This document shows, piece after piece, positions 40,831 through 54,409 of a stretch of DNA of 64,000 bases. The translations under genes were made by a program, and so were the position numbers. The notes beneath the pieces were generated by a model. That model was not told the DNA's origin and made no database searches. It saw nothing but the letters and a program-made list of their open reading frames with translations. Origin of the DNA: Camelus dromedarius. Its lineage: Eukaryota. The DNA lies in contig NC_087437.1 of the NCBI RefSeq assembly GCF_036321535.1, positions 82,028,001 to 82,092,000 of the forward strand, in the 5' to 3' direction. How positions within the stretch are numbered: the stretch's first letter is position 1; each line of letters starts with the position of its first letter.

Positions 40831-43800
40831 GTATAACAGAATTTTATTTTCTGTTTATAACGTCTATTAATTCTTCCTTAAAAACAAACAGGACCTACTT
40901 CCCATTTACAGTCAACTTCTGATCACATATTAGAGGAGGAGAAGGAAGTGGCTGAAATAAATAAAATTTTATGTCTCTTTGATTTCAAAGCAAACTATAA
41001 GATCTCTCAGGAACAAACTTAACTTCATGCTTGAGATGTATCTCAGTATCTCTGGTGCCCAGCACAGTACTTAGCACGTGTTAGGAACTTGGGAACTTAA
41101 TAAATGTTTATATGATAATAACTGCATAAAATAATATTAAATAATTTGCTTTTGTAAGCACATATGAGCTGATAGTCAAAGTAAAAAGCTTTGAAATGTG
41201 ATAGGAAGCCAGAAAAAGCACATTTGGAAATACAAGTTACCTTGACAATCAAGAGGTGACTGTATTTCTACAATAGATGAAAATCTCCTTAAAACATATA
41301 TGTCTATATCCAAACCTGGAATCAGCCACTGTGACATATGCTCCTGAACACGCTGCTTCAGAGCAAAAGTGTCATTCTTGTTCCTTTTTCCTATTTGGTT
41401 CCCAAAATAGTTTGGATTACTTAAGGTAGGTGCCTCCTACTTTGCTTGTTAGTGGGCTGCATTCAGAAGCTTAAACTTAAATCATATATATATATATTTT
41501 TTCAACCTCTCAACAAGCTAATAAAAGACAAAAATAGTTATAAACCTAAGTTACAGAAAAGGCATATTAAAAAAAAACATACAGTATGTTAGTTTAAGGA
41601 AGTTTCTTCTGTGATTATTGTTACGCCATTTTCAAAGTAGGTGAGAAAAACTCAGCCACCCCCACCACCACCAAAAAAAAGGTATCCAAAGAATTCTGAT
41701 ACCTGGCTAATGGGACTCTGAACATAATCAGTACTTCTGCAGCAAAGAACAACAGCTTTCAGAGGAACATTTTAAATTACAAATTTGGTCCCCAAGTCAC
41801 ATTCCTAAAAGATGATTTCAGACAAAGTAGCTCATTGCCATTTTCCTTTTTCCAACCTCATAACTGTTAACTTAGTATAGTCAATTTTATTGCCAGTTAT
41901 TGATTTTAAACACAATTCATTTAGACACCCAGGCAAACTGTGAAGATCTTTAGAAGTAAAAGGAATCTTTCACAGTTATCCTCCTTTCCCTGCAAAATCA
42001 GTTTCATGATAGCAAAGCAAGGATTTGTTGACAGAAACACTTCCATGGTGATGAACTACAACACCAACACTGTGGGCTTGCATCATCATTAAATAAATTT
42101 GGATGAAAGCTGAGGCTAGTGCTGAATGAGAAAGCTTCTGTTTAAACACATTTATCTTGGGAATCGGCAGTAACCCAACTGTATTACAAAATACACGATG
42201 GTCTAAATGTTTTCCAAAGCTATTTTTAAGACACCATGGGCTAGAACTGTAGAAGAAATCACATACATCATTTTACATCTTTAAAAGTAGACATTGATAA
42301 TGTTGCTGCATGAGATGTCTTTCTAGATAATAATCAAGAGAGTATCTGTAATGTTTTGGAGAGTAGTGATCAATTGATCATAAACAAATGAACAGAAACT
42401 GGAAAAGATTAAAGAAAAAAGTCCTTCCAGCACTTCCCAACTTTTGTCACATAATGACACAAACAGAAAACACACTGGATACAAGAGGCGGAGATGACCA
42501 GCCAAGGGATTCCTGTCACCCCCAGGTTCCTCCTGGCTGCCCCAAGTGCTAAGGTAAAAAGTCATTCTTGGCCAACCCTGTAACTAATACAACTGGAGAA
42601 GCTCTGGGCTTGTCATTAGTCTGTTCTGTAAGGATTCAATTTGTTATTTTATGTGAGCCACAGCAATTCTCTACCATAAAGTTAAGACCGTAAGTCCTGT
42701 GCTCCATGATTATAATGCACAAATTCTCACTTCATCATCTACTCTAGATATTAACTATAAATAGGCTTCCCAGTAAGTTTATTGGATTTTCAAGGAACTA
42801 AACCTCTTTTAGAGGTTCCTCTACTAGGATTACTTTGGCGTAATAATTCATATCTGAATCAAAATTCAGGAACATTGTCATATTAATAACATAGATTATT
42901 AAAAGTGCTACTTAATTAAAGTGCTTACTGCTAGCTAATTAATGGTAAAGAGAGCTTCATCTCTGAAAAATATCTCCCCTTTTCTATAAAATTACACAAA
43001 GAATGACATATTCTAGATTTTTGACCTTTAATTTCAAAAATAATTTTTCATAACTCTAGGTGTGTATGTGTGTGTTACAGAACTTTCTTTTTCATTCACT
43101 TACATAAAATCACAGAAACCTTGAAAACTAGGAAGGACAGAGTAAGTGACACTGGAAAATCTTCATATGAGATATATGAAAGTGGAAGGTTGTAGTCACA
43201 AAAAAAGAAGGCCCGTAAGAGGTTCATAGAAGACAAGACTGTTTCTATAAACCTCTGGAAAAATATCTTCCTTTCATTTTATTTCATCCGAAGTCTCAGC
43301 TTCAGAACCAAGTTTCATTTTATTTGGTCTCCCTATCTCTCTAACTTTTTGAGCTGCAGCATCCTATCACAGATTTGAATTTTACCACACATACTTCTTC
43401 CCTTTTAAGAGCAGTGGCAAAGCTTTCCCAAGGATGCCACTGTTCTCTGGGGGCACCGGTAAAAACAAAATCACCATCCTTACCAAAAGGACAATGCACA
43501 TTACTATAGTTGGATCTTAACATATAAAGGAAAGTTATGATGTTCAAGATGATGACATGATTATATAAGCTCTACTTAGAAGGTCTCCACAACCACATTT
43601 CACAATGCCAAGACATTAGATGTGGGGTCTTCATGACACCCAAAGGATAAAATTAGGTTGCACTGTGAGATGGTCATAAGAAGGGAATTTAATTTAAAAT
43701 TCTTAGGCTTGTAGCCTAAGGATTCTAGAGATCTTTATTGACTGAAATATAACTCCACATAAAAACATATTTTTAATAACTTCTTTGATTCTGAATCTTT

Positions 43801-46010
43801 ACAAAATGAGTCTCCTTTGAAATGTGTTAGATAAAGGCAGAGAAAGCTTTAATAACACTCGTTTCTCTGCATTTTGGTTTCTGTTATTGTTTTTCCCTCC
43901 AAAATAATCATTTTGCTTTGTGATCCTAAGAGAAAAGATAATCAGGTAATAATGCATGCCTAAAACATTAAGATCAGTACTTCTCAAAGCAAAATCCAAG
44001 ACAAATATATGAGAATCCCCTGAAGTCCCACCTAGAGCTATCAAGTCACAATCTTGGAGAATAGGGCCCAGAAGCTACATTTTTAACAAGGTCCTCCACT
44101 GATTAGTACGTATCTATAGAAGGAATCCCATTGTTTTAGAAATTTCTACATTGATAAACACTAGCAAATGTCTCCCAACCCTAGTCCTGTTCTATTAGAA
44201 TGAATTACACCTGTCTCAGGAAGTGTAACTGTTCTACCCTCTAGTGGCTGTCATGACAAACAAAAGGCTTATTCCCCGCGTTATCCTTTTATTCAAAAGA
44301 AAAGCTCAATAAAAAAACTACCATTTTATATGGTGGGAAGGTTCCCAGTTTTTTACCTGTAGCAAAACATAGATGCCTGAATCTTTAACTGAGCAGTAGC
44401 AAGCTATCTGACACCTACAAGCTCCATTTCTCTCTCAGATCTCAGGCCCTCAACATAACCCTACAGCATTTCTTGGGAATGATCCAGAACACACATTAAA
44501 GAGAGCAGTTTGGATGAGCCAAAACAAAGGACTCCATTCACTTTAGGCCACAGTGAAGTAAACACAAGAAGGATTAAGGAAAGATAAGTGGTTCAATAAA
44601 ATCCCCAAATCTTAAACCCCCTTAAAATTCACTTTCCTTTAGTTTAAACTCCAAGTCCTTTCCTTTCCAACTGATGGGCCCTTCCACTGTGTGGTCAAAT
44701 ATATCAGAGCAGGCACCCCGCAAAAGGCAACGCTGTAGGGTAAGCAATCCTTAAGGAGTTCAGCAAGTTAAATGGCCAACACTCCTCTAAGTACTTTATA
44801 ATCTGATAGTGAATTAACACCGTTTATATGGCAGCACACACAAATCTGTCAATATGCCATTAGGACACCAGGTTTTACACTTAAAATGGTGCCATCAAAA
44901 TGTACTCTGGGCTAACCTTTAGCACTGCAGTCAGCAAACATAGAGATAATCTTCTTGGGGCCTCATTTTAAAATTTCACTTTCTTTTTTCAAAATTATTG
45001 GTCAAGAGAAATAAAATTTATCTGATTATTTGAGAGAATTTTTGGAAAGCCTAAAATTCGTTTTCTTATTTTAGTGACTTCCTTTTTCCCACAAAGCCAA
45101 ATGGTTTTACATATTTTTGTAAGGTTACCTAACAGAGACTTTTTTTTGCCAATTAAGTTTTGTTTTGTTTTTCAAAGGCTAGTCACTTTTGGATAACCAA
45201 CAGTGTATACAGGCCCTGCAGACCTACAAAGGCTCTCTGCCACTCTCTGCGCCTCTGGAAGGGTGGAGAGGGTTTACTGACAGGCACTCGAGCCTCAGTG
45301 ATATGCACAGTGTCTCAGCATGCAGTGTCTTCTCTTCAAAGCACCACATGGACACAACTGATCAATCCACTGATCATGACAGACTGAACTGGGCGTATAT
45401 TAAGAAGACAAAAGATCCACTGTCCTTCAAGAGTTTATTAATTTGGGCAAGGAAAGGAGACAAGAAACAAGAATATCAGACTATTTAATCAAGTGGCAAC
45501 TAAATTTCCTACTAGAAAATAAACTAGAGATTAAAGGGAACTACAGTATATTGACAAAGTTTCACAGAGCAACTGAAGTGTGAAACTGGATAAGGGTAGA
45601 TTTAGGTAAGTGGAATGATTAGGGGAAGGGAGCATTTGAAGCAGACAAACAGATCTAGTCAGCTATGGGGCCCTGGATAAGTAATTTAATCTGTGAAACA
45701 GAGAGAACTGGACTTGGCCATGTCTAAGATGATGTCTAGTTCTAACTTCTAATGATTTTTTTAAATTCTCTCCAAGTCTTGCCACCCTCCCTTAATTGTT
45801 TAACATTCTTTTGAGAAATTAGGTTGTGGCATAAATAAACCAATTACCTGCATGAGTTTCTTTTCACAAATTAAATTTATCCTTTCTCATTTTCCTACTT
45901 GTAGGCATCCTAACTACTAGATGGTCTCTAAAGATTTGTTTTCATCTTTAAGATTTTATGAATTGATGTCTTTAATCCTTACGATATCAGTTCTTTCTTC
46001 ATGAGAAGAC

Positions 46011-46197
46011 AACCTCAGGACTATTAATAGTTTGGGTCAGATGATTGTTATGGGAGAATGTCCTGTGCATTACAGGACATTTAGGTGCATTTCTGGCTTC
46101 CAAGTAGCATCATCCCCCAACTATGACTAGCAAAAATGTCTCCAGACATAGCCAAACGTTCTCTTGGGGGCAAAATCATCCTGGGTGAGAACCACTG
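46011..46197 (-). mobile_element. MER20 (hAT-Charlie)
   Basis: aaaaatgtctccagacatagccaaacg...gggggcaaaatcatcctgggtgagaaccactg is the reverse of the MER20 5' end. Confidence 0.82.
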
Positions 46198-49100
46198 CAT
46201 TAGAGAGGGATCACCTGACTCTAAAAGCTAGTTCCTCTTCTTCATTACTTGCTGTGACAAAAATTTGACAGCTCATTTGAAAACTCTTATAACTGGTGTG
46301 CAGAGATGAGACTCTTGAATCTAATTAAATATAAGCCTCAAAGCAACTTTAAAAACCTGCACTGAAGAGTTTCACTGAACAAGGCTCATTTCCATTAATT
46401 TGACAGATCAGCCCAAGAGCACATGTATATTTAAACATTTATGTTTGTATTAATAACTTGTACCTTTGTCTCTTTCAAAGATACCAGATTATAAACTAGT
46501 ATTTTCAGGTGAGATTTTCATTTTCCATATTTCTTTGAGAGAAATAAACAAAAGTCTAACCAACTTTGCTTTAATGAGGGGAAAATAGGCTTCAGCAGGA
46601 TTCCCAAGAATTTAAGAGATAACTCTTTACTGTTTAGACCCTTCTAAACCATCCTCTCTGAGGATTTTCAATTCCCTTTGAATTAGCTCATAACCACCAC
46701 AGGCACAAATGTCTTCTATTAGGATACAAGCTTTCTTCATTCCTCAGCAAATCATCTACAAGAATGAATCCACAAGTCTTTATGAAGCAGCTAATATTAC
46801 TTATTTGCTATGCAGGGCAGCTATGCAGGTGCAAGATTTAGAATCTAAGGTGGCAGCTGAGGACCATCTTAAAAGGTAATTAAGAGCACAGCACAGAGAA
46901 GGAATTCTATAGACAGTAAGCACTTTAGGAGTTTGGAGGAGGAGCAGGTTACTTTGGGCAGGGTTCAGGGGTCAGGTCTCAGATAACATTTGAGCGAGGT
47001 GGGTGGGGGGTTGGGAGGTTAGAAGATGAGGAAGACTGGGATAGAGAAAAGACAAAAGGCATTCCAGGAGATGTCCAGAGCAGAGATGTGGGGGCAGCGG
47101 GGAGAGCAGAAAACCAATGATCAAAGAACAGTGAGCAATGCAGTGTGGGTGATGTTGAGATGTTGGGGCAGGGGTAAGGCTCAAAGAGCACAGTCCTGTC
47201 AGTCTGTGAAGGGCCTTGAATACAATGCTAGGGGGCACTCTGTCCTCAGAGAGGCTTCTGGGTAGTGAGATAACAGAAATCTAATCTTTTATACACTGTT
47301 ACTTCATTTTAAACAACTCTATGAAGTGGGCATCATCACAATTTTAGAGATAAAAAACTTTAAATTCTGAGAAGTAGGGAAAATTGTTCCCGGTAGCTCT
47401 GTTAGTATGTGACAAAAAAGAGACATGAACATAGGTCTAATTGCATTGCCCCATTCCCTTTCCATGGCAACATACTGAGAAGCTACCTTGGTGCAAGGAG
47501 GAAGTATAATAAATTGCCCACTGCCCACAGACATAGGCTGGGTACCTGACGAGACCTTCCTGTGCTCTGCCCCACAAGTCTGCCACTGTAGCCAAAACAC
47601 TTGGGAAGTCCCTACATATACACAGGGCTGTCCCCTTCCCTCTCCCCACTGCTCTACCTGGGTAGAATTCTCTTCTCTCATCAAGTGACCCACACTGGAA
47701 GCTCAAGCCTTACCTTTCCTGTAACCTTCCATAATCACCTCAGATGAGGTTGGCAATCTGCCTCCCTTTTCATCTCCTCCTGTCTCCCTCAGTTAGGTCC
47801 CCTAACAGCCACTGTGAGGTTAACAAGAGATAATGAATGTGAGAGGCCAAACCCCACACAAATGGGCAGGCATGGGGAAGACTGATCTAGGGATGGTGCT
47901 GTGGACAGGAGATGGGAGGAAGCAAGACCAAGGAGAGCTACAAGCCCTCATCGTCAGGAGACTACTCAGGAAGCACTGAAGCTGCAGTCCCAAGCCCATT
48001 CTATTCTAAAGTAGGATTCTATAAGCAAAGCACAAATTCCAGGCATGATGAATGAGTCTGGACAGGATATCAACATGCGCAGAGCAGGAGGTACCTGACT
48101 GGCCTCAAGAGGTGGCTGGAGAGAAAAGCATGAGAAGTGAGTGAAAATGATCCATAGAAGGAGAATCACAACCATGCACATCAAAGCTTATAAGTAGGTG
48201 GCAGCCTTGACAATCCTGACAGTGACCCAAGATCTCCAGAAAAGGCAATCTAGGGGCCAAGATCTAGCCATCAAAAAGACAAGCACCACCAGCTTAGTCC
48301 AGAGACTTCTGCCTTGGCAGAACCCTAGAAAATCTTCCTAGATGGTATACCCTAATCTACAGTTTCTATTTCTTAAGCAACATCATGACTTACAAAGAAA
48401 GACAGATCATCTCCAAATTGCCTGGTGTATTTTTTGAGCTCAGGGGGAAAAGTGTCAGGGTTTAACCCTGTCGGTCTCTAAATTCTGCTTCCAGTTCAGG
48501 ATTAAATAACTGTAAACAAAGGAAGCATCATAAATAAATTTGCCATTTTAGAGGAAAATCTTCCAGTTGGCCTCCAATTATCTCTCGTAACAATTAAATG
48601 AATATAAAAACCTACCTCAATGCAGCCACTCAAAGCAATTCCTCAAGAACAAATTACTATCCTTTACCATTAGTGAATTGGCTGTTTTTACCCCCTACTC
48701 TTTTGAAAAAAATAGCTATTCCTTTTCTGTTCTTTGCCTTATAATGGTGTTCTTGGCTGAATAAACTAGTATTAGTCAGTTTTGAGGCCTCAGAAAAGTA
48801 CTGTTTTATAGAAAGAGGAGTTAACTAAAAACTGCAATAGATCCCCAAAGGGCCCATAATACAAGAAACATTTAAACACTTGATACTTCTTCCAGGGCAG
48901 CAGGGAGGGGGTCAATGGGTAGAGATCACTCTAAGAAGGAGAACATCCCTCATAATGATAAACATACATAGAATAATTTTTATATAAAGCTTTTTTTCTG
49001 ATTATAAGAATAATACATTATTACAAAACTTTTGAAGAATATAAATGTTGCCAGAGCCACTGATTTTACCAAGGATAATGAGAGGACTAGGGAGAACAAT

Positions 49101-49659
49101 GGGAAATTACTACTAATTTTTTTAGGTCAACCTATCAACCATGGCCCTATTCCAGGCTTTCTCAGACTGCCAATGAGGAAGGAAATGTGCTTTAGGGGGA
49201 CCATCCTGTAATTACTGAATGCCCCTTGTGCTAAGGAGTGGCAGATCCCCCGACAGAATGCAAGTTTATGTAATCATTCTGCTCAGCCCAGACACAATGG
49301 CCCAGGGGCCAGCCTGGCCATTGCAGGAGAGGGGCAGGATTTCCCTTCCCCAGCTAGCCAATCAGTGCCTGGAAAATGGTTTAATCACTATGCATTGTTC
49401 AAGTACTGGAAAGAAATGCTTCCTCCTTATAGGGCTGCTCTCAGAACTAGTTACACTCTTATCAGTTAGTGAGATTGGTGGCCTTGTAGAGGGACTGGGC
49501 ACAGGACAGGGCCCAACAAAACTCACCTCTCAGACTCTGGGAAAAGGATGTAGAAGAACCCATGCAGGGAGAAGAAAAGAGTGGCAGATGAGGAGGAATT
49601 ACAGAATTACACTTTCTTCCTGGGCTGTCTCAGCCACTTGAATGGTATCAACAAATTTT

Positions 49660-50510
49660 CTGTGATGATTCTCAAGGCAACATCTCCAAGTTTTCAATGC
49701 CTACCAAACAGTTCCACATGGAAGGTCTAACTACACTTCAAACTTGGTGTGTGCCCACATTCCAGTGCACTGTCGCTCTTGGATTGCTTTTTGCCTCACT
49801 TTTGGTGATGGCCACCACCTTCTCTGTTGCCCAGGTTCAACATCTGGGTACCACTCTCCACTTTTACGCTCACCCCCCCAGGTCCAATCAGTCACCCTGC
49901 CCTGGTATTTCTTCCTCTGCCTTTCCTCTTTTATTTGTTCTACTACTGTCCAAATCCAGAACTCAATACAGATGCTACTGTAAGATAGTTAACCTACCAT
50001 ATTTAATCACTTACCTCTAATTCAACTTTCATTTGTGTTGCTGGTGATCTTTCTACAACACTGTCCTGGCAATTCTCAGTCCCTCCCCATAAAACGTGCT
50101 TACTTAGCACTTACATTACCAAGTGCCCCAAATCTAAACCTTCTGCCAGGCTTCCATCTCTCATGTCATCTCTCCTTGAAATTCTGGAAATAACCTGCAC
50201 TCTCACCAGAACACAGTACTGACCATCCTCCCACATACCACATACTTTTGACCCTGTACTTTTCCGCTCATGCTGCTCCTAGGGCTGTAATGCTCTTCTC
50301 TCTTTGTTCCTTGTATTGAAATCTTACTCCAGTCTCAAGGAGTAAGCCAGTTCCTCTAGAAAACTCCTTATTTTTCAATCTTTCTCTGAGTTTCCAAAAC
50401 ACTTCAGTTAGTATCCCTACTATAGCATTTCATTTTGCCTCCTGTTATAATTATTAGTTACTCATCCTATACTATAATCTTGAGAGTAAGAATCAGCTAT
50501 CATTTATTTC
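49660..50510 (+). mobile_element. L2 fragment
   Basis: ctcaaggcaacatctccaag..., gatggccaccaccttctctgttgcccaggttcaacatctggg... are L2-like. Confidence 0.65.
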
Positions 50511-51234
50511 TGAAATTCTTATATTAATATTTCTCAAAATGCAGTCACTGATCGTCTTTATCAGAATCACCTAGAACTCTGCAGACTTCCACATACCCAG
50601 ACCTATGAAATCCAATGCAGGGAATCTGCATCTCAACAAGCTGCCTGGGTCATTTCCTGGGCTTATAAAGTTTAAGAATCACTGTCCTACATTATCCAGA
50701 ACTTGTACATTCTTGGTAGTTGGTGCTCAACAGAGGTGCACATGTCTAACAACACACCTGGTGGCCACAGCTGGCTTACATTTGTTCTTTTCAAGGACTC
50801 ACTGAATGTCAGGGTCAAAGGACTTTAAAGTTTGTATAACTGCTTCATTTTTTTCAAACACCTAAAAGATAGAAAAAGACAAGAAAGAGTAGAAAATAAT
50901 ATGTTTTCAAGTGAACTCTGAAAAACAGACTCACAATGAACAAACCAAGTAGGATAACGAGGGAAAAGGATGTGTGAAGGGGTTCTTTTCTGGGCCAGTG
51001 GTGGTTAGAAACACAGTCCAGTAATTGCCACTGCTTGGTCTGCTGCCACAACTGCGATGTTTAGTAACATATCTCCCATAATTAACTGGAGAGATGACAC
51101 AACAAGGGACAAAGCAGAAAAATAAGAAAGGTAAAATAAGCAAAGAAGGTTAAGTTATAGTTATGATCAAGAAAAAGGCATCTTAAGACTAGATATAAGG
51201 AAAAAGACAAAGATAATAATGCTGACATTAGTAA

Positions 51235-51480
51235 CAACTAACACTTCCCTAATAACTCTTTGGATGTGCCAAGGACTTTCCTACACAGTATCTTTTTCCC
51301 CACCAAAGAACTTGCAGGTAGGTATTCTAATCCCCAAATAAGGGTTACAGATGAGGAAACTAAGGTCTGCACAGGCAAACTGGCTTGCTCAAAGACACAC
51401 AGCTAGTTGGTGCCAGAACCAGAATGGAGACCCACCTAGGTTTATTTGACTCCACAATTTGCACTCTAGCCACTAACCCA
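51235..51480 (-). mobile_element. MIR SINE
   Basis: ttacagatgaggaaactaagg...cttgctcaaagacacacagctagt. Confidence 0.8.
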
Positions 51481-52727
51481 AGGCTGCTGTAAAATGTAAG
51501 CCTGTGAACAATTTTTAAAAATTACATGGATGCAGTGAAGGAATGAAAGAGTAGGGTGGGTATGAAAAAAGAAGGAAAAAAGCTGAGGTGAAAACCCTGA
51601 CAGATGAATAAAAAGAAAAGTGATAAACAAGACAACAGTTCAAGGTTAGTGTATTTAACAGTCTATTTCTACATGTAATGCTGTATATGGGCACAAAATA
51701 AAAGCAACTAGGTTAGGAAGGATTTTTGAAAACTGTATTTCAATGCTTATTCTTGGACTGCCCTCACTGCCCATGGTGTAATTACTACAGGGAGACTGGG
51801 AGGTGACTAGGTACAATCACAGACCATGTTACATTATAAAATAAAGGCATCAATTTCCTCTAACCCTCACCTAAGAAACTGGACAACTCTAAACTATAAA
51901 CCATAGCACTGCAACCCTATTTAAAACCAAATGTTCTCTCACAAGAGCTCAGTAGGAATAAGCTAATGAAACTATAGTTTCCTTCTGAAGGGCTCCTTGC
52001 CATATAAAAATATAAAACCTTTAGTGATAAAGTTTTGTTGTATAATGAAGAAGTTCTGAGAAAATCAAGAGAAAAAAAGCCAAAGCAGCATATGAAACTC
52101 TGGGCTATCTGCCAGATTCATTATCTGTTACTTCCTCTTAAAAAATTAGCAGTGATTTACCAAACAATACAAAAAACAAAAGAAGACAATAATATTTCAA
52201 AGATATTTTTTCTCCAGTTTAGCATTTCCTCCTTTTCATTACCATAATCCATCATCATTACTTATGTACTTTCCCATTAAACAGATAAAAACAAAAATAC
52301 AAAACTCTGCCATTCTGATAACACATAGCCTTGACCAAGCATTCCAGAGCTGGGTCCCTGAGAGAGTCAGACAGCCCTCTCCCTGTACCACCCCAGTGAC
52401 CACAAACCAAAACAATCCAAGGCCTTTGGGAGTCTTGAGCCTTTCAACCTCTAGAGCTGAAGGTGTAATGAGGGGTCCTGCAGTCCCTGAATGCAGGAAT
52501 ACTCCTGAGGGAACACAGCTTTCTTATACAATATGTTGCCAATACATCTGCAAAAAGTTCAAAGCACTTACAAAGTTAATTTCATTTAGAGAAAAGAAAC
52601 ATCCTGACTCCAGCTGTCTAACTAGGATCAGATAGCTTCCTCTTAAATGCTGATTTTCTTGTGATGTTTGCCCTTCATGATAATGTGAGGAAGCACAAGC
52701 AGCAGAAATTGGGCCAAAGTATTAAGA

Positions 52728-52816
52728 TTTTTTTTTTAATGGAGGTACTGAGGATTGAACCCAGGGCCTCGTGCATGCTAAGCATGCACTCTACCATTGA
52801 GCTAGTTCCCTTTCCC
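52728..52816 (-). mobile_element. tRNA-Ala(AGC)-derived SINE (camelid vic-1-like) with target-site duplication
   Basis: Reverse complement GGGAAAGGGAACTAGCTCAATGGTAGAGTGCATGCTTAGCATGCACGAGGCCCTGGGTTCAATCCTCAGTACCTCCATT(A)n shows A and B boxes and a poly(A) tail. TSD ATTAAGATTTT at 52721-52731 and 52821-52831. Confidence 0.88.
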
Positions 52817-53066
52817 TAGAATTAAGATTTTGAACAAAATATTTTCACCTTTCCATACTTCTTTTGGTCACTAAAACTCAATGCCATCTAATGACTTGCT
52901 ATAACCAGGGCATCTCATAGATTGCTCAGTTTCTTTTAGAAGCTGTGGACCAAATAAGCCAACATTTTAAGAATTTAATGAATTCTTATATACTCTATAA
53001 TGAATTATTGTATACTTCTTATATACTACATAAATATACTCTTTTTTTCTTTCTACTGTTCCCTAC

Positions 53067-53093
53067 ATCAAACCAATGCCTCTGCCTCACTGA
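53067..53093 (+). pseudogene. FILIP1L: Degenerate alternative terminal mini-exon of FILIP1L (IKPMPLPH*), resembling human VEPLLLPH*; acceptor reads AC
   Basis: ATC AAA CCA ATG CCT CTG CCT CAC TGA directly follows a pyrimidine tract ctttttttctttctactgttccctAC. Same length and LPH* ending as the recalled human isoform. Confidence 0.6.
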
Positions 53094-54409
53094 ACTCAGC
53101 ACCTTTCGGACTATAATCCACTCCAAATCCCAATCTCCATGTTGAACTATGTTAAAAAAATTTTTTTATCTTTTCTTCTATGAATGAGTTCTCCAACTTG
53201 CTTAATCTCCTCCAAGACATCTGCTCTCTGATGAAACCCAGGAACTTCCAACTCTGAGTAGAACATTCACTGTGTGGTCTTAAAAGAGCCATATGCATGG
53301 ATTCCTCTTGCAATATGCACTTCAAGTTTGATAAAACTTTCTTGGAGCTATTTGACATAATGTTCTATAAAAGTGATCCAAGAGATGACACATTCTAAAG
53401 CCTTATACCTCATTTGCTCAAATATGTCCAAGTATAAAATTCATGCAAGGAAACAAAACCTGCATTTTTTTTTTTTTTTAAGATTTGGGAATGACATTTA
53501 GTTGTCCTAATAAAATAACCAACCTTTGCTGCCATCTAGAGGTAAAAACTATGTAATGGAATCAGAAGTTATCAAGAAAATACAAAATAAGGTTGCAGCA
53601 TCAATGGTGTAGAAACAATGGGAGTCCAGTAACTTTTGGACAGCTGACCTTACCAATGACCACCATTCCAAACCACACTGTCTTCACCAGTACATGTCTG
53701 TAGAGCTTACAAGAAACAAGCCCCACCAAAACTGTGTTCCATATCAATTGGTTTATTGGACAGATTTCAGTTCTGAATAACCTGTGGTACCCATATCACA
53801 TTCCTTGACAATCTGAGTCAGTAGACTCCAAGATGGGATATGGGTATCTGCAGTGTTTTAAAAGCCCCATCAGTGGTTCTGATAAGCATCTAGGACCACT
53901 GGGCCATGGAGCTCTGGCCTTCCACAGTGCTGAACCTCTCACACTCAGGCAGGCCAGAGTTCCAAGTGAAAGAAAACTTAGAGCTTAAGTTTAAATGAGG
54001 TTCAAAAATGAAAGTGTTTCTCAAAGTATGTTAGGCTGACCACCTACATCAAATAGATCACCCTGAGAGTTGACTAAAAATGTGGATTCCTGGGTGCATT
54101 CACAGACAAAGGAATTAGTTTCTAGAGGTAAGGCTGAGGAATCTACAATTTAAGTAGAGTCTCAACATAGATTTCTGTACACTAAATAGGACAACCAATC
54201 TAAATCTTGACAAAGTAAAGGACATCACTGAAATCTATACCTTGGAAAGGCTATTATTAATGCTATGGTCACAAGATCAGCTGACTTAAATTATGATTTC
54301 AATTGCAGCTGCTACTCATCATTTAGACAATATGGTAGATGTTCACAGAAATGTGCTCATTTTTGAAGTGTTTCCTTCCTTTTTTATGCCTTAATATAAC
54401 TTAGTGTTG

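Noticed and set aside
52738..52812. Functional tRNA-Ala gene
   Set aside because: Poly(A) tail, TSD and a poorly pairing acceptor stem indicate a SINE.
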